In this document: piece by piece, positions 12,745 to 26,065 of the stretch
How the letters are laid out: every line of letters begins with the position of its first letter
Position numbering within the stretch: the stretch's first letter is position 1
Assembly: GCF_902713615.1 (NCBI RefSeq)
Contig: NC_052157.1
Coordinates: 131,731,425 to 131,795,424 of the forward strand
Source: Scyliorhinus canicula
Lineage: Eukaryota
Direction: 5' to 3'
DNA length: 64,000 bases
Notes under the pieces: generated by a model
Database searches by the model: none
What the model was told of the DNA's origin: nothing
Seen by the model: only the letters and a program-made list of their open reading frames with translations
Program-made: the position numbers and the translations under genes

Positions 12745-13453
12745 AAATACACTGACATCTCACTCACTGTGGTAAACCTGGGAACTGAATGTAGCACAGG
12801 GTACGGTGAGGAACCACTGCACTGGGGTTAGAAACTAGCGTGAGGCTCTCCAGTGCCATGCTGGCCCCCCTGTGCAGCGCAGCATCGCTGATCCCAGGGG
12901 CCAGGTGACACCGTCGGAAAATGTTCCGGCATTTATGACGGTGTCAACACTTAGCCCCAGGATCGGAGAACCCCGCCCCTTGTTCCTTCAATGAAGCAGA
13001 TCCACTAAAAGCCTTTCTCCACCCCACACCACTCTTTGATGTTGCAGTTCACATTATTGTGGGGTGGACACCTCTTTCTGGCTTCAATTAGGACACTGCT
13101 GTGTACCTGCCTTGATGGGAAGGGTGGGGGGGGGGGGGGGGGGGGGGGGGAGGGGCAGAGTAAAATTCTGCAATTTTAACTGTCCCCTCCAGATCCAGAC
13201 CTGTCAAGATCCAGAGTTAGATTCAGCATGTTCATTTATTAAACTTTCAAACATACCAGTGGAAAAAAAGCAATAGTAGCTTGGTTATTCACATATTTCA
13301 TCCTCTTGTACCAATTGTTGCCAGGTTTTTAGATATTGATCAAGGGAGAACCTGCAGAGATGGAAAATGCTTAGCAAATCTTGTGTTGGAGAAGTGGCCC
13401 TCTCAGATCCTTGGTTTGTTCCCTGAATTTATTGTTTAACAACCTAACATCTT

Positions 13454-14080
13454 GGGCCGGATTCTCTGTTTCAGCGGCTAAGTGCCATCTGAAACGGAGA
13501 ATTTGCAGCCGTTTTACAACGCCAGAATCGGCGCTGACCCTTCACTGATTCCGGGACCGGGTGAGGGGTTAGTAGCAGCGCCAGCTGAAACTCCCAACAC
13601 CTGCTCCGAAAATGGGCGGGTCACTGGTCGCGCATGCGCACGGGTATGACCTGCAGCGGTCGCACCGTACAACATGGTGCCGGCCGGGCGCAGATCCAAC
13701 CTGCCATCCACGAACCCACAGGCCACCCACCTCCCCACCAGTCACCCCAGCCTTTGCTGAATCCCCCGCCAGCGGCATGGATCCCAGTTGAGTGTGTCCG
13801 CAGCCACCAGGCCGGGTTCCTGACCGCTCAGATCACCCGGCAACTGCGCGTTCGGGAACTCAGCCCATCGGGGGGCGGAGCATCGCGGGAGGGCCTGCTA
13901 ATGACGCGCCAACACCGTTGCCACGGCAGGCGGCATGAAACACGCTTTGGCCACTTCCAACGGGGCGGAGCATGGCTGAATGGCGTCAAACCGGCACCAG
14001 CCCTGATTTGGGCGTCGGAGTGGATTCTCCGCCCAAGCGCTGATTACGACACTGCCATTGGGCAAAGGAGAATCACGTCC
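13454..14080. mobile_element. Harbinger MITE
   Basis: TIRs gggccggattctct / ggagaatcacgtcc; flanks ctt / cat (one mismatch). Confidence 0.75.
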
Positions 14081-15917
14081 CATGTTTTTTAAAGGCGTTA
14101 TAAGCAAAAATGTGGATCTGAATCTTCTCAGTCATAACTTCTGATACTGTTATTTTATATGTTAGGATCTTTAGTTTGAACAGAAGCTCTATAGATGGAC
14201 GGGTATTTATCTCCCAATTGTTAAAGTAGATACGCTTGAACCTTGATCAGAGATTACAAAAGATGTGCGACTTGGTACCTTGAGGACCTAACAATAGATC
14301 CTGACTTCTATAAACAAATTGTTCAGAGGGTCTTTTGTACGGAGAATTATTAAGATAAATGTAGATTCCCACCCTCAGAAAAATGCACAATTGACTGAAT
14401 TTAGTGTGCAAATAGTAATGTACCGAACCTGCGCAAAGAATTACATTGGACACCAATAATAAAACACACTGAATGAGGTGGATGCAATAATAGCATCGAC
14501 TAAATAAATGACTGAACCAAAGTCAAATGTTTAACTCACAAGATGGATTTTTTAAAATCGCATGACTGCCTTCGTTCAAAAAATGTAAAACTCAGAGCAG
14601 ATCTTACAGAGAATGGAAAACTATGCCCAAGTCAATTTCTTCAGTAATTTGATACGATTATTGCCAGAAATAAAAAAGGGTGAGACTAGAAATATAAAAA
14701 ACGTTTATGGCCCTTTGAACACAGAATGCCTAACCTGAACCAATGGTGGAAACAGCTTAAAATTGCTTTTAAATAGGAAGTGGATACATTTTCTTTAATG
14801 AGATTGGGTGGATAATTCTCACAGTTCATTGGCACAGTCGTGATGGGAATAATAACCTCCTTTTATACTGTAAAATTATTTGATTCTATAATTCTTTGAT
14901 TTCCAACCATTCCTGACACCTTTTGGGTTAAACTGTAAAAGTTGACTTTCCAACCACACCATCATGGCTGAGTTTGTACGATCTTGTTCCATAATATTAT
15001 TTATTTGCTTTACCTTGCCTATAGTTATGAATTTAAGATTATCGATTGTTTGTATTCTCACTGTGTATAATTTTCCAAAAGGAATAATTTTCCCAAAAGC
15101 AATAAGGTTTAAGAAAGTTAACAGAAGAGGGCTCACAGAACAATATAAACCTGCGGCTTGCTCTTTTATGATTCATTATATGACAGCAGCTTTCGCGAGT
15201 CCCCCGTTATGCTGAACGTCATCATTAATCAGAATCATGCGTAGAATGACTGCTGCTACTGGAATAGAATGGAGGCTAAGTCTTCTTACTGGTATTTCAT
15301 CGTGTGCCTCTGTGAGTGAACAGCATTCAAAAAGCTCAACAACAAAGAGTTGTCAGACCATTTAATCAGTTCTCGTTTTATTAACGAATACTTAAGCCAA
15401 CAGACCTTGAAAGAACCAGTGGTTTAGCTATGACTGGAATCCAGTGAACCCCAACACCAGTCAAGGAACACTTGCTCCCCTTCAATCTATGTCTTGGAAG
15501 AAATTATTCTAATTTCTTCAATCAGAAAATCAGATTGCAACAGGTAGGTATATCAACGATAATGAGAATAACTATCCACAGAGTATGTGAAACATTTTGA
15601 GGATCATTTTAACCTAGCTTTTTGGTGAGAACTCCATGTGATTGGGTGGAATGCCACTCTTACAGCCCGACCGACAATGCACTTAATTTATTCCAACAGA
15701 GGCCAAAATTGTGAAAAATGTAAAACGTAAAACCAGTGTTGCCCTCTATTTCCCTAAATTTCCCAATGGGCAGGTTAGGTTAAAGTTGCATGTGCAAGCT
15801 CTTCCCAATCAATCCTGCACTCAGCAGAGACTATATTAGCATTCTCTTGTGGCCATTTGTACGTATATATCTATAAACCAACCTGTGTAAAATGGTACAA
15901 TTGGGTACTTGAAAGTA

Positions 15918-16117
15918 ATGAAATGAAATGAATTGAAAATGAAATGAAAATCGCTTATTGTCACAGGTAGGCTTCAAATGAAGTTACTGTGAAAAGCCCC
16001 TAGTCGCCACATTCCGGCGCCTGTTCGGGGAGGCTGGTACAGGAATTGAACCGTGCTGCTGGCCTGCCTTGGTCTGCTTTCAAAGCCAGAGATTTAGCCC
16101 TGTGCTAAACCAGCCCC
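15918..16117 (-). mobile_element. Short tRNA-derived SINE with (CATTT)n tail
   Basis: Same family as 11577. Confidence 0.85.
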
Positions 16118-16161
16118 TATGATGCATACAGTCCCTTCTTGGCGCACAAGATATCACAATC

Positions 16162-17883
16162 TGGCAACGAGGCTGGGATGGTGGATTTCCCTAGGTAAGG
16201 AAATGTGGTTGAAAAAGTTTCAAACAAACCAACAGAAGTACTGGGATGGTTTTATTCGCTGAGGAATAGGTTTTAAAATGCAGTCTTAGAGAAAAGGCGT
16301 TTGTACACGTAGGTGGGATGCCTTCAAAGACGGCTGCACTAAAAAAATATTGGTGGACAACTGGGGGCATATAACCATGACTGAGTTTTTCTTAGTGTGT
16401 ATGTGGAATGGCTAGGGATGTTTTCACTGCCATAATATCCTCAAAAATATAGCTGTTAATCATGCAGTTGGGAAAAGGAAAAATTGAATGTTTTTCATGG
16501 ACAACCCGGACCCAGAAGCACATGAAATGTTCTAGAATGTGTTCAATCCTGTGTTCAAAAGGCGGGCATTTTGTGGAAACTTAAGCAGCACTATAAACCC
16601 GAGTCATTGGAGATTGCAGAAAGCTATTGGTTTGGAACAAGGCATGAGTTTCCCAGTGAGGGCATTGGATAGTTTATCGTGTATTTGATAAAACTATCCA
16701 TTCACTGTAAATTTTAAGAATTTCAAGAGAGAGCACTGCGGGACAGGCGTGTGGGTCATTTTAATAGTAAACACATTTGCAGTAACTTGCTGACATTGCC
16801 AAGGTAACTTCTGACATAGCTTGCCAGACATCGCGGTCCATGGACATGGCGGAATGTGACTCATTGGAGTTAACAACTGCCAGCCCTCTACTGATATAAA
16901 CATGCCATAGCTGAGGAAGTTGAAAGTCTCAACAAAGACCTGTTGGGGCAACATTGGGTACAGAATTGTCCATTTGTGAAGGCAGAGTGCTATGGCTGCA
17001 AGGTCATCATGCCAAGCCATTCCAAAAGAATGTAAATGGAGAAAACGGTGGCGAGAGATTGCACACAGTTGTCAAACAGCTCCATGTTGATGAGAGTTTG
17101 GTTGGTCCAGTAGAAATTCACAGGACATCATAGTCCAAGTAGTATTGAATCAAACTCCGGTAAATGTGGAAGTGGACACAGCGGCAACAGTTAGTATAGT
17201 AATTCAGGAGTTGCACTGTGATGAATTGACCCAACATCAGCTGAGAAATCACATGTAGAATTGGAAAGTTATGGAGGAGAAAAAGTTCTCATATGGGAAG
17301 TGTGTCAGTTCCAATCACATGCAAGGAGTAATATGCAAAATAGTCCATCAAAGTGATGAAGAGTGAAACACCAGCCTTGTTAGAAAGAAACTAGTAGGCA
17401 GCATTTAAGTTAAATTGGTACAGCCTTTTTCACATCCAAATTAAATTCTCAATGCAAGACGACATGATCGACAAGTAATCTCAGGTATTTAGCAAAACGG
17501 GCAAACTGATTCAAGGAAATAAGGCTAGCGTACAGGTTCAGAGGAACGCAAGACCAATTTGCTGCAAGCCGCATCCAGTACCTTACGGTCTGAAGCAGAA
17601 AGTAGACCAAGAGCTGAAAAGATTTGAGACTGAGAATTTTATCTCGAAGGTAGAGCAGAGTAATTGGGCACCCATAGTCCTAGGAGCAAAGTGGTGTGAG
17701 AATACGTATTGATTTTAAGACAACGACAAATCAGCCACAGAATGAAATCCACCTGAAACTTTGCCGAACGTGGAGAATCTGCTCACAATGTTGTCAGGGG
17801 GCCAGATTTTCTTCAAAATTACATCTGACAAATGCCTTTCTGCAACTTAAGTTAGATGATGAGCCTGGGTCATATGTGACTAT
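16162..17883 (+). mobile_element. Highly degenerate Gypsy internal region (PBS, gag, protease, start of RT)
   Basis: PBS tggcaacgagg at 16162; protease VEVDTAATVSIV near 17167; FSSKLHLTNAFLQLKLDDE RT motif. Confidence 0.7.
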
Positions 17884-18950
17884 TGTTAGGAAATCATGAT
17901 AAAATAATAAAAACAAGAATTCCACCCATTGGGAATGTGTTCAGGTCCATAGAAGAAAGCTGTGTCAACTCCCAACAGGTTGCACGTGGAGAAAGTCTGT
18001 TTGAGAAGCCTCAGTTCTCTGTACCCTCAATTGGAGGCAACCCCAAATTATATTGGTGCCTGGTGTGGTAACTATTGTTGGATTTTGCTTACGGTTTTAA
18101 AACCTATGGAATGTTGTTTGGGGAAATTGAGCTCTAAGATTAAGAAAGTAGAGGAGTTTGGAACTGGGTGAATTTAATGATACTGACCAGGACCCTCGCC
18201 GGGTCGGAGAATCGCCAGGGGGGGGGGGGGGGGGGGTGCGTGAATCCCACCATGCCGCTCCGAAGCCGGGGTGCCCACGCGGTCGCCACGGTGCCGGTCG
18301 GGGCCGTTGAAAGTGGCCCCCGCAGCGATTCTCCATGCTCCACGATGATCAGGCCCGCGGGAGCTCCCAATCAGCGGTCACGCTCATTCCGGGGGAGCCT
18401 ATGTTCGTCCGTGCTGGGCCCCTGTAGGGTTCCGCCATGTTGCACGGGGGTCGGTGTGAAGACGGCAACCACGCGCCTACGCCGGCGCGGAGACAGCCGT
18501 GGCGTGGCGCGCATGTGCAGACCCGCGCTGGCCATGTAGGGCCGGCTTTCAGTGCCGGAGCAGCGCACAGCACTCCGCCACCATTCTAGCCCCCGAAGAA
18601 GAGGACAATTACTGGGCCTGGAGGCCCGTTGACACTGGCGTCGCTCATGCCGGTTTTGACGCCGACGTCAACACTTGGCCGCGATATTGGTGAATCCCTG
18701 ACACTGTGTATAGCCATTAATGTAGTTATGTGTATTTCTAGTTGATTTTCTTATCGTGTATGTTTTATTGTTTAATAAACATTTAGTTTGTTTAATATAG
18801 TCATGACAACATCTGGGGCATCCTTCACTGGCCTTCACATCTTTCCTCACCTTACACAAAATTGCGAAATACAGTTGAGAGCAGGTATTCCAAATTTCCC
18901 TTCTGGGATTTGGAATATCCCTGCATGTAACATCAGCTGTGCTCTTAATA
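17884..18950 (+). mobile_element. Solo-LTR-like insertion in the Gypsy RT, carrying a Harbinger MITE remnant (about 18187-18700)
   Basis: Starts tgttag, ends cttaata; flanks ctat / ttat; homologous to 11930-12744. Confidence 0.6.
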
Positions 18951-19026
18951 TTATTAAAGATAAGAAGTTTATCCAGTGCCTATATTAGGACCAAATATCG
19001 TAGATTAAGCAAAATCTAGACGTTTG

Positions 19027-19718
19027 GGGCGGAATTCTCCGCTCCCAGGAAAAATCGGGAAGGCCGTCGTGTACTCAGCCGAGTTTCACGATGGCCTCGG
19101 AGGCCGCTCCTCTCACCGTATTCACCCCCACCCCGGGGGCTAGGAGCGGCGCTCCGTTATTCTCGGCGGCCGGGCCTTGACGTTTGACGCTCACGTAGGC
19201 GCGCCGAGAATGACGCGACGGCGCGCCTATGTGACGTCAGCTGCGCATGCGCAGGTTGGCCGGCTCCAACCCGTGCATGCGCGGTGGCCGTCTTCCCCTC
19301 CGCTGCCCCGCAAGACGTGGCGGCTTGATTTTGCGGGGCGGCGGAGGGGAAAGAGTGCGTCGCTTTGAGATGCCGGCCCGACGATCGGTGGGCACCGATC
19401 GCGGACCAGTCCCCTCCGGAGCACGGCCGTGGTGCTCACTCCTCTCTCCTCCCCCCACAAGCTTCAAACGGACCTTTGGCGCCCATGTTCACGATGGCAA
19501 CGACCAGGTGTGGTTGCCGCCATCGTGAAACGGTCGCGAACAGCAGACCGCTCGGTCCATCCAGGTCAGAGAATCGCTGGTCCCCGTGAAAAACGGCGAG
19601 CGGCGATTCTCCGAGCGGGGGGTGGGAGAATCGCGGGGGGGGCCAAGGCAGCATGAAATGAGTCACCCGGCCCTCCCGCGATTCTCCCACCCGGCGTGGG
19701 GAGCGGAGAATCACGCCC
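19027..19718. mobile_element. Harbinger MITE, complete
   Basis: TIRs gggcggaattctcc / ggagaatcacgccc; perfect TSD TTG. Confidence 0.9.
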
Positions 19719-19721
19719 TTG

Positions 19722-20430
19722 GGGTATGGATCGAGTATGGGCACCACGATGACAAAAATAATGGTTGTTAGAAGAAATGGATTAGAAGAAATGAAAGTGA
19801 ACATTAAAGTGAATGGTGTCACACAGAAACAAGCAGATTTTTTTTATATTTAGGACAAATGACAACAAAAGATGGCAGATGTAATGTCGGTCGAAGAAGG
19901 TTAGCGATAGCTAGAAGTCATTTTGTGATGATGAAGGGTGTGTTAACAAGAATACTCAAGCTTGCAACAAGGGAAGAAAACTCATGAGGTGTTGCATTCT
20001 ATCCACTTCCCTGTGTGCCTCAGAAATCTGGACAATAAATAAAGATCTGTCTGTGGAAGGAATTAAAGATCTTTGAAATGTAGATGCTGCGACATGTGCA
20101 GAAAATTCAAATATACAGACCACAAGACAAATGAATAGATGACTTGAAATAGCAAGAACGGCGAGAACTCTAAAAAGCGACATCTGTAAAAGAAATGTCC
20201 AGACTTTAGCAATGTGATCAGAACGGAAAAGCTCTGCAGATCTCTCCCAGCGGGCAAAGTGGAAGGCGGCAGAAAGAGGGTCAACCAGGAATAGTTGGAT
20301 GACGGGCATCACAGGGAGGCTGCAGACGAGCTACAGTAGATTTGTGAGAATGGCACAAGACCGGCGAGGATGGCATACCCTGAGATCAGATCTCCTGGCA
20401 GAGGTGGCTACAAGCAGCAGCAGCAGCAGC
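19722..20430 (+). mobile_element. RTE-clade LINE 3' fragment with (AGC)n tail
   Basis: YLGQMTTKDGRC..RRRLAIARSHF and GKVEG..RG motifs; ends aagcagcagcagcagcagc. Confidence 0.65.
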
Positions 20431-21063
20431 TGCAACACACCTGCGTCTATTTCACAGGCTGTCCTTTGGTGTTTCTTCCGCCCCCTCTAATCTTCCAAGG
20501 GAGTGATGAACCAAGCTTTGCGAGGAATTCCGGGGGGGGGGGGGGGGGGGGGGGGGGAGTGTGCTATTTGGATACGAACGTGCACAACAGGTGGAGTTTC
20601 TCTCAAAAGAGCAAGTTAAAGATTTGCCTGTCAACAGGACAGGAGCAGTTTCTCAAAGACTGGCAGGTTAAATAGTAGTTTGAGACAGGCAAGAATCTGA
20701 AAGCTGGCTCCTGAAGAACATCTCTTATTTTCAAAGCAGTGTATCCAAGACTATTAAGCAAGTATTCCTGGATCTGCTAACCATATTTAAAAGTGGACTT
20801 TGACCTAAGATGAGGGCTGTTTGAGTGGAGATAAAATAGCAGTTAGCAGCGTTTCATTTTATCGTTAATCACTGTTTAACGGTAATTGTAAGCTTTTTTT
20901 TAATGAGGTTAAAGTTAGCAATAAAGTTTGATTATACCATATTCCTTATTTGTGTGTGGAATCAGTCTTGGAGTGAAGTATCCTTTCCTCACAGTCTAAT
21001 AGAATATTGGGATTTCTGTTCGTTATCCTAACAACTGTTGGGGCCTGGTCCAGGATCCTAATA
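20431..21063 (+). mobile_element. Possible solo LTR
   Basis: Begins tgcaac, aataaa near 20920, ends ggatcctaata; layout resembles other LTR-like ends in the window. Confidence 0.4.
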
Positions 21064-24000
21064 TTCAGGCTCTCAGCTGAGTCAGACTCTTTGCTCTGGA
21101 CATGCAAGAAAAGTATAAAAATATTTTAAAAACTTATCTTTTGGAGTTCTGCTGGTCCAATTTCTATAGGCCAGATAGGTCACAGCTGCTTCTAGCTGAG
21201 GCAACAGAGTTATAACTGCTTTTAGGTCTCAATATTATCAGCACTTAACAAGTAAATGAAAAGAAAAGGGCCTCATCAGCTTTGGACTGGTGTGCTAGCC
21301 ACAGGTTCAGTTGAGGAGGTTACAATTGGGAATGGTCAGCTTTCAGGTGACATAAATTACCACGGCAATTGATTATTCACTCCCTCAGTTTTCACTGGAA
21401 TGACAGGGTGGGGTTAAAATTGTTTTATGGAAATGCATTTTGGCAGTTAGCAGAAATAAGTCCATGATTCAAAACCACAGAACCAGCAGGAGGTTTGCAA
21501 TCACGCTTCTAACCTCTCGTTAACTGTTAATACTCTTATTCCCTCAGCTCCTGTAATAATCTCTTACCACCAGGAAAATACATGTGGAAGGGCATGGGAA
21601 TCTGTTTGGTATTCACGGTTAAATTTCTGACAGCCAGATGGTTAAATAGGAAACTAGAAGCCAATCTTTTACTTAATACTAGATATACTTAAAAAAGGCA
21701 ACATTACACATGTCTGCCTTCACCCTGACCAATGCCCAGTCTCCCAGAAGTCTCTCGTCACTTTGCTCAAGGTACTTAATCAATCAATGCCCTCCCTGTG
21801 TATCCTTAACATAAAACACAATTAACATGCATGATGACATTTCTCGTGCATATTTTAGTCTTGCACCCATTTATTTGTTTCTTGGTATTTATTTTCCTGC
21901 AGAAATACTTTCTGGTTTTATTCTCCATGTTACCTCTCAATTGACCATTTGCATCTTTCCTGTGACCCCACCAAATGTTAACAACATGTCAACAGCCCCC
22001 ATGATCTAAATAAATACAGAAGTAGGATTAGGAAAATATAGAAAAGATGTTTCACCAGATTTTACTGAAAGTTACCCAATAGCACACCAAAGAAAGCAGA
22101 AAAGGGCATACGGTCAATGTTGTGACTGGCTTTACATACTACACAATGGCTGTGTGCCTTTCACAAGAAAAATAAATCCAATAACTTTCCCCCAGTATCC
22201 ATCAAACCTAATCCTATCATGTGCAGAGGCAGGTGACAATTTCAAGTATTATCTCACTTGAACAGTGCTCGAAGTCCGTTACAAAATTAGCGTCAGTTGA
22301 CAAAATCTCTTCTGGTTTAGAGGATCAACTACACCCCACATCATCAGTTAAACTCAGCCTCTGTTAATTTTGGCATGGAAACATATAAATACATAACCTC
22401 ATAATTAGCCACGGGTTCAGGATTCAATTCAGGCAATACATCTAAACAGATACAATATTGATGAAACTTCACTTATGGCTAAGAATTTACTTAACTCCAA
22501 TTTTCAAGTTCAATGCACTAACAAACGCAATTTACTTACTTTTACAGCAGGAAGTTTCAAAAGTAGCTTGTTCTTGCTGGATTCTATTCAACCTATAGGC
22601 AGAAAAGAACAGTGCATTAGAACGGTATATTTCTAATAGGCCTCAGACGCGACAGAACTATAACAGCTTATGAAGCTCCTGAATCCCACGGTGAGATGTT
22701 CTGCTGGTGTTTGGAAGATTATACCACGCTGCAATGTTAAACAGCCTGTTTTTTCTATCCCTATGTTTGCATATCTGACTTCGGCCAAATCAAAAAATTG
22801 GCCATTCTCTACCCTTGTAGCTTGCACTGACCAACTAACTGTCAACAGTACCTGCAAATGTTTTAATAACTACAATATTAGTTTACCATTGTTATCAATC
22901 TGTATATCCTGTTTTAATCTGGCTAAAAATGTGTATTTTAAGGCAGATTAAATGAACCAAAAAAATAGTCTTACATCGTATGTGTGTGTACCTGTGTTAA
23001 AAGACCTACAGCAGTCTGATTTAGATTGCGGGGGGGAGACAATCAAACCAGCGCTGCATCAATTTTAATGTGAGTCACGCTGCTGCTCCAAACACTACAA
23101 CGCCCTTGAAACCAGTTTTAAGTTGATGGTGTCATTCTAAATTGACAGCATTTGCACATCTAATACTACAGCTTTGAGGATTTCCATCACTGTCCAGGCC
23201 TCATACATTGCTCAGCTGTGATTGTTTTAAATTTGATAAACTAAAAGTACATTCCAAGATAAGTACACAAAAAAAAATTATAATCCTTTTTCACCCCCAT
23301 CGGTTTATGAAAACCTGCAAAAATTGTTAATAAAGGACAGCTGCAAAGAAACTTGTAACTTCTGACCGAGTCCTTGAGCCATTGAGGACATTACCTAAGC
23401 AACTGGCTTGAAGGGACAGGCTAGGGTAGCTGCTGAACATTGTAGCCATATTACAGATCCAAGGGAATTGTGTAGAAAATCTGCTGATGTTTAAAAAATT
23501 CCCAGTCCTGTCCTGCTTGCATTAAAATTCAATTACACATTCTTCTGACATCCTCCACGCCAATTTTGGTATTCATCAAAAATTAACAATTTAATCTGAA
23601 AAGTATCACCACATCTGGAATGCAAATATATAAATACATAAACAAAATGTACATACACACGTATATACTCACCAATACTCCAGTATGAACTCAAAACTCT
23701 CTACTGTGTACAAAAAAACACTCAACCTCATTCTAAGTGAGCCTATTAAATGGGCATTTTAATGCGCAGGATTTACACTCAACTATCGAAATTTCCGCAA
23801 TTTGGATTTTCTTACCTGTTCTTGCAGCGATCTCCTGCTCATTAATTAGACATATTCATGATCAGAACTGCCCCCACCCCAAGCTTGGAGAATAATAAAA
23901 CAGAACTGATAATTCGTCCCACAATTCAACATCAATCATGTATTGAGCAAAAAGGAATTGTTCCTGCCCACAGTTCACCTGACTAAACACATCACACACC

Positions 24001-24415
24001 GTTTTGGGCAAGTATGTACCTGGGATCTGGTTTAACAGGCAGCAGAAGACTTTGGAATATGTTGTACCTGGAAACTGGATACCAAGAGGACATGAAAGCT
24101 GACATTCACCTGCGTGCTGGGGTTCACAACTCTGGTTGGACATGTTTCTGGAGGCTTCATCACATGATCACCTGCGCCAACCGCCCCAACCAGTCCTGCA
24201 ACCTGTCTTTCCGCCTCAAAGGTATTTATAAGCCAAGAAAAAGTGCTCACGGAAAATGGGGGAAACAAGCCTACACGGTCTTTAAATGTGCCTGTGGATT
24301 TTCTGCTGGATCTCGGCGTACTGCCCAAGAGGCTAATCTTCAATTCCTGGACACTTGAACAATCCTGCTGAATTGGCAACATCAATGCATACACTTGTGG
24401 TGTTGTCGTGAGTAC

Positions 24416-24634
24416 TGATGCACTATCAATTACGACGAGACGAGAGTAGAGTGTAATCGAGGCTTTATTAAGCAGAGATGTGTAGCCTCCCGCAGCTGCT
24501 GCCAAAATAGCTGCAGCTCGGTGAGGACACACATTTATACTCCGCCTACTGGGCGGAGCCAGCAGGCAGGGATATACCCCCGTACCTGTACTACAGGGAC
24601 CTACATGATATATACAACAGTGGTGACTACCACA
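24416..24634 (-). repeat. 3' LTR of the Gypsy element
   Basis: Direct repeat of 29349-29578 with a few substitutions and indels; preceded (minus strand) by PPT aacagggggcgaa. Confidence 0.95.
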
Positions 24635-25405
24635 TTCGCCCCCTGTTAAAAAGAAGAGTCCAGCGGGGGTGGTGAAAAACTATTTCCATGCATTTTAAGG
24701 TTAATATTTTGTGGGGAAGTTCACAAATTCAGCCGATCGGGCGCCTTGATCCTCCGTTGTGAGCGCCGCAGTCCCGGTGGCGATGCAGATGCCGGCTCGG
24801 TCGCCGGTGACTCCGGGAGCTTGTAGACCTCATCTTCATCCCCGGGTGGGACCAAGGGGAGGACGGATCGTCCTGGAGCGGGAGCTGTGGTGAGGTGCAC
24901 TGGGGGAGGAAGGGTGGCGCCGGGGAAGAGGGTGAGGACCCAGCTGCTGCCAGGTCCCTGAGGAGACTGTGTCTTGGCGGCCATCGGGGTACGCCACGTA
25001 GGTGTACTGCGGGTTTGCATGGAGTATCTGTACCCTCTCGACCAAATGGTCCACCTTGTGGAGCCGCACGTGCTTGCAGAAGAGAACGGGTCCTGGAGCT
25101 GCCAGCCACGTTGGGAGCGAAACCCCGGAGGTGGACTTCCTGGGGAAGGCAAGGCGACGTTCATGGGGGGTTGCATTAGTCGCAGTACAAAGTAGCGATC
25201 GGATGGAGTTAGGGTGTCGGGGCGGACCTCCTGCCAGCGGGAGACCAGGAGATTTTTGGACCGTAGGGCCAGCTGGACGGCCTTCCAGACCGTCCCATTC
25301 TCCCGCCCCACCTGCCCGTTTCCCCGGGGGTTATAGCTGGTCGTCCTGCTCAAGGCGATGCCCTTGCTGAGCAGGTACTGACGCAGTTCATCACTCATAA
25401 AGGAG

Positions 25406-26065
25406 GGGCGCGATTCTCCGCTGCCCACGACGGGTCGGAGAATAGCCGGACATTTTTCCCGACCTCCCGCTATTCTCTCCCCCCCCCCCCCCCACGACCG
25501 CCCCATGACACGAATCGCTGCTCGCCGTTTTTTACGGCGAACAGCGATTCTCCCCAGGCCGATGGGCCGAGTTCCCAGGCCTTTACGGCCATTTTCACGA
25601 ACGCAAACACACCTGCTCTCACCGTTCGTGAAAACGGCCGCAAAGTGCCGATCCAGACAACCATGGCACCGATTGGCACGGCCGCACCACGGCTGTGCCA
25701 AGGGTGGCATGGGCCTGCGATCGGTGGGCACCGATCGCGGGCAGCGGGTCCGATACCTGCGCACTCTTTGTTCCTCTGCTGAGGGGCATGACGGCCCGCG
25801 CATGCGCGGGTTTGACGCATATGCGTGATGACGTCACCCGCGCATGCGCGGCTGACGTCATCGTGTGCGTCAGCCGCCGTGACGCTTGGCGCGCGGGCTT
25901 AGCGACGGTCGCTAAGCCCGCAATGCCGTGCTTCACGGGGCCGCACTGCTAGCCCCGCCCAGGGGGGAGAATCGGGTCCCGGGAGGGGGCGCGGAGGCTG
26001 CCGTGAAACATGGCCAGTTTGACGGCACCCTTTACAACTCGCCGCATTTGTGGAGAATCGCGCCC
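25406..26065. mobile_element. Harbinger MITE inserted in the Gypsy integrase
   Basis: Perfect 14-bp TIRs gggcgcgattctcc / ggagaatcgcgccc; TSD GAG; removal restores HSDQGSSFMSDELRQYL. Confidence 0.95.

Noticed and set aside
13126-13150. Long G homopolymers (also 18218, 20532) and C runs as functional G4 elements
   Set aside because: Simple slippage tracts whose lengths may be assembly-dependent; no supporting context
24721-25803. 360-aa ORF as a novel gene
   Set aside because: Chance read-through from the GC-rich MITE into the integrase 3' half
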